Source of the DNA: Camelus dromedarius | Taxonomy: Eukaryota | Assembly (NCBI RefSeq): GCF_036321535.1 | Contig: NC_087436.1 | Coordinates: forward strand, 81,408,001 to 81,472,000 | Direction of reading: 5' to 3' | Length of the DNA: 64,000 nt | Program-made: the position numbers and the translations under genes | Shown here: positions 1 through 10,468 of the stretch, one piece after another | Layout of the letters: every line of letters starts with the position of its first letter | Position numbering within the stretch: position 1 is the stretch's first letter | The notes under the pieces: model-generated | The model's database searches: none | Seen by the model: only the letters and a program-made list of their open reading frames with translations | Told to the model about the DNA's origin: nothing

Positions 1-1044
1 CACTTTTCTAGGCAAAGCGTGGAGAATTTTTAAGATGAGTAACATTTTGCACCTGCTTCTAAGTTGCAAACAATATGGACTATTGGGTAAACAGAAAGAT
101 TCCAAACAAGATGCAGGGAAGGACAGTGCCAGAAGTCCAGTGACAAGGAAATGAAGCCACCTATTCCACGGAGTGAAACTTGAGTTCTCTCAATTGCACT
201 TCAGACTTGTTTTACATTGGGTTTTATACTAGGATAAGCATGGTTTTAAAGCATGGGAAATTCCAAAGGGGCAATGGACTCTTCTTTGTGTGTGTGCCAT
301 CGCATTTCATGTGCTTAAGAACTGTCCATTTCTATAGCTTGTTTTCAGTAACTAAAACAGAACACACTGGTCTGAAAGGTTGAGCAGATGGAATTCAGTC
401 TGGAGCTGAGGGAGATGACTTGCCACATTCAGCGGTCCCTGACATGAACTGATCTGAGACGGTGGGACTTTCAGTATGCTTCGCTACTTGCAAACATTTT
501 CCAGGCATGCCTTTCAAAACACTTGGAGGAAAGGCATGCAAAAGGTAGCAAAGACCATTCTGGTAAATCAGCAACATTAAAAACCTCTACCTTGGATACA
601 ACGCAGTGCAGCTACTGAGCAAACGAAATTCTCCTTCTAGGCTGGTCGTTATATAAGTAGTTGCAAAAAAAAAAAAAAAAAGGTAATTTTCAAGACACCT
701 TTCTTCTCACTACAAATTGGATCAAATTTAACCAAATATATGGTAACTAGTATGCACCAGTAACTCCTTCTGACCCTTTCTTCCCATAAGCAATCTTGTG
801 CAATGCAATTTCCCTTCTTAATACTGTATTTTCAGGTACCTATATTAGGCCACTTTTGAACTTAGTAAGAGAGTAAAGATTTGTGGTTCAAATTAGAATG
901 GAAGCTATGCCAGAGATAACAAAAGACTTTTGGTTTCTATTTTTCCTATAAACAACAAGATAGGGTTGTGTTAACTCAAAAGAATAGGTATTAAAAAAAA
1001 AAAAAAAGAATAGGTATGTTTACCTTCCAGATTTTCTAATAGTT

Positions 1045-4000
1045 AACTAGTCAAATAAAATTGTTTTATTTACCAAAATAGAAGGACCATTCCTCGACAT
1101 TGTCAGATAACTTCCAGCATAATTAACACAGGTTCAGTGATCTTATTAAGCCACAAAATCATATTTTTAAAATGCACCAAGCAGTTTGAGATATTAAGGT
1201 TGGCTTCCATGTAGACAAAAACAAAAACACAAAAACCTTTACCTTCTCCCTTAAGTAGTAATTAAACCGACTAGGAATTCTGACAAATTAACAGAGGATA
1301 TTTAACCCTGTTTAACTCACCTAATGCTCCCAGAAAATTATTTTTTCCTCTTCATCGATTTTATACCTTAAAGGACACTTACTGAATTGCAGATGTACAG
1401 CCAGTATCCCCGGACAGAAGTGAAGGTCATTTTTAGAAGAACCCAATCTCAAATGAAAGCATAGCCTTCTACTTGGTCACATGCATACTGTATCCTCATT
1501 ACCCACAGTGAGACAGTAGGTCATTCCTCATTCTTTTTTTATTCCTGGCACAATCAGACCACACCAGGAAATTATGTGAGATGCTTCAGAGATACTGTCA
1601 GGACAGGAAACCCAAGACAATGAGCAGCACGACAACCAGTGGCAACAGGCAAACTCCAACAAGGTCTGGGTTTAGATTTGGTTTTATGTTACTGGAAGCA
1701 GATTTGCTCTGGTTTTTAATAATTCATAAGAAACAGAAATCACAATGCACCAACTTAGTACCCACCTACAAAGAGTTCAAAAATGCCGAAGTTCTCCCCC
1801 CATTCGCCCTCTTGTTCAACCAACATTTTGAAAATAAAGGGAAACAAACAAACAAACAAACAAACAATGAAAAGAAAAAGAGAGTGAGAAAGAACACAGA
1901 AATGATTTAAATAATTTCAAATCCTTCTTAAACATTACGGAAGTGCATTTGATCCATCAGGCTGACTGCTGGCTCTCACCACTAAGACCTTGCAAAGGAA
2001 CTGGATGTGCACAGTTCTGCCTTCCAGGGTTGATCTAGCGCCATAAGGGTGAGATGTGTATGAATCTGTGTGTGTGCTTTAAGTTCATTTTATAAATGCA
2101 ATTCTCCTCATTTGTAATAGTCTTTGAAGTCCAATCATGCAGAGTAACAGGCAGGTGCAAGTTAGGTCTTGTTGCAAGATAGACATGGCAAGGTGAACAG
2201 TTTAATGCTAACCAGGGGTGGGAGATTTGTGTCCATTAGAATATACTGGCCATTGGTCCCACATAATCAAAAGTTAGACACACAGGAGTCCACATGTAAA
2301 CAGAGACTATCCATTTCAGCTTGCTGACCAAGGAAATGGGTCAAAGTGAGCCATTTCAGACAGCGAAAAGAACTATCCAAGTGCTAAAGGAAATAACAAA
2401 ATCTTGCATTTTAATCACATGGAAAATAATTAATATAACTATTTACAATGTAACTTGTTTGTTTTTCTTACAGAAAGGAGTTTCCATTCTTGGTTCAATG
2501 ATATCTGTGGAAAATGTCAATCTTTCACAATTAAAACACATGTGGGGTATTGTGAGTGGGGTGGGGGTGCGGATTCCTCTTCAGACCCAAAGTGGTTGGG
2601 ATCAAAGATTCCTGGGGCAATTTTATCCCTTTGTCTGAGCTACAGAAGATAAAATTTTCAGCAAAGCTGGCTGACAGCATTTTTTACAGAGCATAATACT
2701 TTTAAGATTTAGATTGTCATATGTTAAGAGAATGAAATAGAAATAGATTTTGCATAATTTAGATTTTGCAATGACTATTTAAAATTCAAAATCCACTTTT
2801 GCCTATTGCTTTTTCCCCTGGCAGGTCATAAAAGGATTTCTGTATTCTGACCTATGCTACTTACTCTATTTGTCAAGGCTTTTTTTCTGATTAACCAGTC
2901 AGCTGCTACCAGTATCCTTAGGTAATCATTTTCTGATAATGATAACAGATTGAGAAAAAAACTATCCAGCTTCTAGACCCTCAATTCAATAGTTTACTCC
3001 AACTGGAGGGAACTGACCAGGAGCTGGTCCACCTGTGGGGTACATTCCCTTTAAGCTCAGTCATCAAATTCTTGAAGATGCAAGATCTTCATCAGTTTTT
3101 ATTCCATGAGAAGTTTGGTTGTAAGGTCAACATGTCTCTTTCTATCACACTGGCCCAAAAAATACATATGAAAATACCAAAGTGGTCAGGGTGATTTGCC
3201 AAGCTCTCCCAACAATTTGGTTCCTCCCGCACATGGGCAGACAGCCACCCCTTCCACAAAACACTATGAAACATTTCTTCAAGGATCCCCGTGAAACTAA
3301 TTGCCCTACAGGAAGTGACAGAAGGTTAGGCCTCTTAGAGTGCCAATTCCACATTCCCCAAAGGAACTTCAACCACAGGCAGACCTTCACTTTTTCCAAG
3401 ATTATAGTCCAGGTGACCTGAAACTTCCCTCCCTGAAAAGCAAGAGAGTCTTTTGGAAGAAACAGTTGACTATACAGGATATATCTGTTTGTTTGTTTTA
3501 AGAAAAGACAATGCAGAAGACAATATATTCTGTGAGTTTGGGAATAACATAATCACCTTCTGAAGATGTAATAAAACGGACCCAAGATGGTGAAGGATTG
3601 GTGGGCTTTTGAAATGGTATTTCTTTTTGTTGGCACATCGCCTGTCTTGCTTTGATAATCTAGGAAAAAAATCAACCCCAGAACAAGTCAAGAAGCCAAG
3701 CCTTAGCTCTATCTGTATGTGATACTTCAATATGAAAGATTTGTTCCATTTCTTTCTTATCCGTAGGGAGTTCTGGCTCAAGGTAATCAGCTCCCAAGAG
3801 CCATACAACAGGAGAGATCAGATGAGTAGAGTTTAGGAAAAGCAGCAACAGCAGAGGAGGAGCACTGGCTAGTTTTTGCCTGGTTTAATCTGAGTGGAAA
3901 AAAAAAAATCACTTTGGCCAACACGAGACATAGCCTAACATCAAGCACTTCTAAGATGCTGGCTGGAGACGGGCTTCTGTCTCCTGATGTCATTTTGTGA

Positions 4001-6349
4001 CTGATGAAACGCCCCTTGTGACTCACCTTCCCAGCTGCCTGCTATCTGCGCTGAATCCCATGCGTTTAAAAAGCTGAGAGTGGAGATGCCGCGGCATAGC
4101 AAGAGAAGAGCAGGGAGGAAGGAAAGAGCGAAGAGTGTGGAGAAGACAAGCCGCAAGGGGGTGGGGAGCTGGGGGAAACGTGACAGGAAGGAAGAAGAGA
4201 GGGCTCCCAGGAACGTGGAAGCATTTTAAAAATCAGGTCATCTGCAACATTAACCAAAACCAATGGCAGCCAGATGGAGAAACCGGGCCACTTTTATTCC
4301 AGAAGACAAGCTGCACAGTTGAGTGTTTTTCCTCTGCATTTTAAACAAATGACCTCTCGTCACGACGCCTGCTGTGTGAAGCAATCCCTTAAACGGCAGC
4401 CTCGCCCCGTGGCGGTGGTGGGGGGTTGACTCTATTGCTTGAGAAGAGACAGACGCAGCTTCCCTAGTGTTGTGTTTAAGGCAGTTTTCAGGGCGCTGGC
4501 GTTCTCGGCTGCTCTGTTTTCAAAGGGGCTCCGTTGGTCAGTCACCTCACACTCATCACCACCCACTCCCTGCGTTTCACTTCTTCTTCCGGTGAAATAT
4601 CACCACACGGGGCGGGGCGGGGCGGGGGGAGCACCAAAGTGGTCAGAGGGCGAAGAGCGGTGACGGATACTCCGCCAAAGTGAACGAGAAGAGACGCCTC
4701 GACCTGGTCCCCATTATTGCTGTAAATAGCCGGGGTGTTTCACAGTGCCTCCTTCCGGGCCCGGGAAAGCACTTCCATTTAACTTGAGCTAAATTTAGGA
4801 GATTTTCAAAGCATTGACACAAATGCCTCATGGCTTCTAAGCCACTCGTATTGCTAAAGCTGTTCAGCAGCAGTAACTTACGGGCAGAGTTATTGCTGTC
4901 ACATCTACTCCAAAACTCAGACCATCAGCCCTTCTTGGATGGTTCAAATTTATGAGGAGAAACAAATAAACATGATACAGCAGCCGTGTTAAGGAGCTGA
5001 GGAACCCCTGATGAATGTCTGGGAAATATCTTCAGAGACTGACCTGAGGATCACCCTGGGCTCTGGGTATTTTTTTAAGTTGTTTTTTTTTTTTTTTTTT
5101 TTTAATTCCAGAAGAGGGAAGTAATGCTTCTTCTCAAAATAAAACCTTGGCAAGTTCTAAACCTAGAAAGTAGCACACTCATGAAAACACAGCCCACAAT
5201 CTGAAAATCGCCTGGGTATGCTCGCCTTCTGTTAAGGATATCGTATGGAGACCGTTCTCTCCGTTTCAGGGAGGGGTCCTCACCATCAGATGTGAACACG
5301 TAACCCTGCCTCACCAACTGCCACTCTGTCCAGTTGTGACATAAAATGTGTAAATGACAAATGGGGTCTCCTTTCTAAAATATGTATGCCATTGTCTCCT
5401 AGTGTCTGGGTAATAATCTTTAAGTCTTCCTCCACACCACAACCCTAGTCTCTAGTCTCTCCTACACACTCGCTACCAGAGAAAAGACCCTCAGCTTGTA
5501 TTCCTACCTTCTAAAGGTCAAACCATGTAGTACCTGGAAACTGGTATCCCCTCCCACCCCACACTGTTCATAAGCATCACATATGTTCCTTCTACAAATT
5601 GGTATACAGGTGCCATTTAATCAGTTCAAGTTTGGAAGCTACATCTCCAAGGGTCCAAGAGAGCTCACTCCCCCCATAGTCCCCCCTTACATGTTTTCTT
5701 ATAAGACATACAGCTTAATCAATTAACAAACTAAATAGCTTATATACTGGCAATATATTACAGATGGGTTTAAGTCAGAGTAGTAGATCACATGAAATGG
5801 ACCATGTGGTACCCCAGTGCGTGATGTCTCGGTAGAGCCCTGAGGACACTGACAGTAGCATCTCTAAGTAAGTAGTGCTGTGTGAATACAGACACATGCG
5901 GGTCTGTATCTACATCCATCTGACTAGGCCAAAAGGAGCAGGTAGATGCAAGATAGAGACACACACATGCTGGACGGGGCCACTGCACACCTTGTCATGC
6001 CATTTGAAAGGGCAATTACAGGTCACTGGTTTTGCAGCCATTAAAATTACACTTTATGGAAAAGGCTTCTCTAATTGTGTTTGATTTGCTTTCTGTAGTA
6101 AGCATCATTGGAAGAAGACCAAAGCAAGAGCAACTAGAAGTTAAATAGACATTTGGCTTAGCTGCATTACAGAACTCTGGAGAAGAAGCAGGCTGAAAGA
6201 TTTGTTTCAATTTTAGGCTTGGATTCTCTCCCTTGCTGTTTTTCTTGTCAGTGAGTGTCTGCATTTGTGTGTGTGCATGAGTGTCTGCGTGTGTGTGTTC
6301 CATCACATCATCTCCTGAAGAACGCCGGGTTTCGCAGGCAGGCGGCTAG
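1045..6349 (-). other. MAPK10: Long MAPK10 3' UTR (distal end uncertain)
   Basis: Repeat-poor sequence after the stop. Minus-strand AATAAA at 4298-4293, 1543-1538 and 1070-1065, and ATTAAA at 5106-5101. Confidence 0.6.
1065..1070 (-). terminator. Candidate distal poly(A) signal AATAAA
   Basis: tttatt on the plus strand, with a U-rich run further downstream on the minus strand. Confidence 0.45.
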
Positions 6350-6352
6350 TCA
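6308..6352 (-). CDS. MAPK10: Stop-codon readthrough extension X-LAACLRNPAFFRR*
   Basis: TGA CTAG context, with the next in-frame TGA at 6310-6308. MAPK10 is an established UGA-CUAG readthrough gene. Confidence 0.85.
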
Positions 6353-6492
6353 CCTGCAACAACCCAGGGGTCCTGCCGAAGCTTCCAGGCTGCTGTCAGT
6401 GTCAGATGCCAGGGTCTGGTCGGTGGACATGGAGGAGATGTCATTGACAGACGAGGACGGAGGGAGACTCTCACTGCTGTTCACTGCTGCAC
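6350..6492 (-). CDS. MAPK10: Terminal exon coding part, long (alpha2/p54-type) isoform: (G)[46 protein letters not shown]
   Basis: Second AG at 6494-6493. The frame ends in the characteristic GPLGCCR with TGA at 6352-6350. Confidence 0.97.
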
Positions 6493-6497
6493 CTGTG
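6481..6497 (-). CDS. MAPK10: Terminal exon coding part, short (alpha1/p46-type) isoform: (A)QVQQ*
   Basis: First AG at 6499-6498 adds CACAG and shifts the frame to GCA CAG GTG CAG CAG TGA. Confidence 0.93.
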
Positions 6498-8364
6498 CTA
6501 AGAAAATGAAGACCCACATGACTAAACCTGGAACTAGACTCGGCTTCATGTCACTCAGGATGCAGGCATGGCAAAAGTGATCGGGGCTGTCTGGCCCATC
6601 ATTCATTCGACACGCCTTCATAGAACAGCTAACACAGGAAGTTTTAAAAACAAAATCATGTAAGCCTCCTATCCCAGAAATGTGGGCTCAGATGAAGCCC
6701 AGAAGTCAGAATTACTTGGAGGCTACAGCTCTAGAGAAAAGTAGGGGTACTAAGTAAATACGATTACACAGTCATTAATAGAACACCAAACTGAAAAGCC
6801 ATATAGAAAAGCCATGGAGAACTGTTGATGAAAGTTACTATAGACCAGAAGAAGCACAGGAGAAGCTGGAGCACACCTCTCGGTCGTGCGTTTACTTTCA
6901 GCAGACTTGCATTCCTGGGAGTCTACAAATAAGAACTCTGAATTATTAACTTAGAATAATTCGCAAAACTTTTAAAATGTATCTGCTATGTGGGAATATG
7001 AATATTTTGAAACTCTGAGAAGGAACTTGCTCATAGTAATCATTCAGTGAAAACTTGCTGAGCATCAGTAGGTTTGAGGACCACAAAAGAAACTGAGCCA
7101 GAGGCATTGCAGAATGTAATTAAACCAGAGCACCCTGGACAGAGTCCACTTATTTTTTCTCTTTATAGATTCTTTATACTCAAGCAATATGGGTGGTGAA
7201 ATGCATGTTTTGTGAAATAGTTCACTATTAAAACTATCTGTAGTATAAGCATTTAATAAAATAAGAGATGAGGAATTCTCACTAAGTCGTATCTAATGTG
7301 AGCAAATATAGTGTGCAAGATATATTTGGTGAAAATCGTAAATACAAAATAAGTTACAGTAGTGTTATCACTGAGACCTAATAAATCAGAAAAAAATCTA
7401 ATGAAGTGGAGAGGTTAACACAATCTTTTTGTTCCTGGGGTGGACATTTCCTACCTGTGGAAAAAATGTGATTAAAATGTGACCGTATCTGGAAGGAACC
7501 CACACACCTAAACTAAGACAGATTACATGTATCTTAGATGCTTTTTAAATTTTTATTTGTTGATTATAAATATGTAAATTATGAGAAATGTGAACAAATA
7601 CAGGAAAAAAGATAACAATGTGCACTGATATTAATGATAAAAACTATTAAACTTTTAGAATATTTCTTTCTAGTCTTTTTGCTAGAAAGTATCTCTAACT
7701 TGATCATTTAATATATATCCTTTTGGATCCTGATATTTTCATATACAAAAAAAGGTTATGCATTTTTCATGTTCTTTAAACTCATAAAAGTATCATTACC
7801 TCCTAATCTTAAATCTCTCTAGATTTTTAAATCTCTCTTGCTAACATCTTCCTGTAAATAATTATACTCTCATCAGAACAATGCATAATGTAAAGCTATC
7901 TGGCTTCAATTTATTCCAACCTTACTTAATTATATCCTTTATACATACGATCCAGAGCTAGCTCATTTCCTCTCAGAGTGTGTACCAGTAGATTTCATAT
8001 GCTAGCAAACAACCCTTAATTACACAGTGCAAATGCCCAGTTCTGCTTTTCCCCTTGATTCTACATTAAATTACACCAACATGCTCGTGTCCTTTCATCA
8101 GCTTTGGTCTCTAGTAATTGAGCGTCACTGTGCTGGGCTTCTCAGAATCATCTTCACTTTTTCCACATCATTATTAAAGGGTGGAGATTAAAACTAAACA
8201 CAGGATTCTAATAAAGGCTCAATCAATTGTGAGTCATAAGAGTGAGCTTATGATCCGCGCATCTCCTGGATGGTCTATCCCTACACTATGAATGCTTTCA
8301 AATCACGGCACTACATTTTAGATTTGGCTTTGATTTGAAATATAAAATACTGCCCACATACCTT

Positions 8365-8555
8365 TTGTAAGAGCTTTATTAAGATATAATTCACAAATCT
8401 AATTTGTACAATTCTGTTTTTTAGGGTACTCACAAAGTTGTCACAACAATCACTGCAATCAATTTTGCAGTGTTTTCATCTCCCCAAATAACCCCATCCT
8501 CTATTTCTTACCACCCAGCCTCTGGGCAACAATTAACCTACTTTCTGTCTCTACT
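8365..8555 (-). mobile_element. Old L1 (L1MB-like) 3'-end fragment
   Basis: agctttattaagatataattcaca...ctactttctgtctcta motif. Confidence 0.65.
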
Positions 8556-10426
8556 CTTGCGTGCAGAATAAGTACTCGATTTAACAAAACACTGAGTATC
8601 TTTTGCGTGCACTCGTCTTGAGAGGTTCTGTGAGGGAAAGCACATTTCTCCCTGTGATGAAACCGGTGGAACTGCTGACCTAGCTCTGGAAGGGAAATAT
8701 ATTTGTTGTCAGCGTCTTCTTCCCCTTTGGCTCATCAGCTGACTTTCTGTAATTCCTGTCTTCTGTGTTGGAATGGTCCTGCTCTTTATTTTTATCAATG
8801 TTGAATGCAAATTGTTGTTGGCATTCAGTTATTCAAAATTCAGAATCTTTATCAACTATATTTCTAGGATTCCACAGACTATTGTTCCTGATTTGTTATA
8901 GCACACATTTATTTTTAATGACATAAAAAAATGTGCTTCTGTATCTCTTTTTCTATTGTCCTGTAACAAATGCCTTCTTGACTAGAGCTACCTCTGGTCT
9001 TACTGGATGAAACAGAAGAGTCCAGACATAGATTCTGGCTTCAAGTTGTTAACTTACTGTCAAGCAGTTTGTGACAATTTCTCAAACAGAACTGAACTGA
9101 ACTGAATTTGATTATAATGTCCACTTGCCCATGATACCCTAGCAATGTGATAAACATACCCCTTCTTTCAGAGAAACCAATAAAGATACACATTTAGAAA
9201 ATGTTTTACCATCAGTAAAGCATATTTTGTCAATAAAAATGACATTAAAATCAAATGAAAATACTAATAGGGCTGCAATAAAAAATACCAGCTATTTTCA
9301 ACTTTCCTGGAAAAAAAAATAGGTTTTATGGAAAGAAGGAACTTATGATGATAAAAATTCCTCAGCTAGAAGTTATGTAGCCAGAGGTATTCATTATTTC
9401 AGGGGAAAATGTTGTTCTATTTTTTAAAGGAAGTTATTCTCCTGACTCATCTAAACACAAAAAAGTAGGCACAAAGAATTAGAAGAAATACTATAATAAA
9501 AAAATCACAGAGATATATTTCCTTCTCTTTGTTCATAATCTTCAGCTTTGATTGTTTGGGGCTGAGGATTTTAAATAAAAAAAAAAAAGATTATTGGATT
9601 AAATCAGCAACTCTAATTGGGAGGGACACACTACCAGGGGTGCAGAATACGGAGGGGATGGGCCTATATATTAAAATCACCTAAAGAGCTTTATCTTCCA
9701 TTTAGAGACTGAAAAATTTCTACCCATCCTGATGTTAAGCATCCTTATTTCAGTGATTCACTGTCACTTGTAGGAGGCTTACTTCTCAGGTGGAATGGGG
9801 GTGGTGAACAGACTGAGAGTTTTGTATTAGATGACCTCCTCATTTGTTCTAGCTCCAACATGTTATGATAAACACTTTTGGAAGAAAATTAATTTCTATT
9901 CACGGACTGCTATTCTCTCAGCAATCTTCACAAATCAATTCAGAAAGCAAGCAGCCCTGCTATTCTTGAAAATAAATCACTACTCAAGTGAAATCAGATA
10001 GCAGAAGGGAGTACAATTATTTATTTAGAAATGTATCTGAAGTTCAGATTTATTTCTTATTGATATACAACAATTCCATCAATAAATTTCAAACGTATGT
10101 ATTATTCTACAAATGCACATTTAACTTCCTATTTACATTTTAAGAGCATCACTGAAGCATGAGTTTGGGTATTAGAAGAATTTCATCACTGAGAAACTGC
10201 ATTAATTTATTCCCTTGCTGCCTGGTTCCCAGCGTTGCCATGACTGAACATTAAGGGAGTCTATGTTGTAATATTACTCCATTCTAGCTAGTTACAAAAT
10301 AAAATGTGATATACAACCTTAATGAGAAAAGGTGAATAGAATGAAGAGTACAGAAAAAGCTGACTTTTCCAGCTTTCTTAGTAATTGCTTTTTCTTTCCA
10401 GCATAGTTTACTGCATATATACATAT

Positions 10427-10430
<4 letters not shown>

Positions 10431-10464
<34 letters not shown>
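10431..10464. repeat. (CA)17 microsatellite
   Basis: Direct read. Confidence 0.97.

Positions 10465-10468
<4 letters not shown>

Noticed and set aside
5083..5106. Proximal poly(A) site at ATTAAA
   Set aside because: It is immediately followed by a genomic A-run on the mRNA strand, so apparent 3' ends here could be internal priming. It cannot be supported from sequence alone.
6350..6352. Selenocysteine recoding of the UGA
   Set aside because: No SECIS element recognised in the UTR, and the CUAG context explains readthrough.
6255..6509. 84-aa plus-strand ORF over the terminal exon, and similar ORFs at 44103 and 48233
   Set aside because: Antisense shadows of MAPK10 coding exons.
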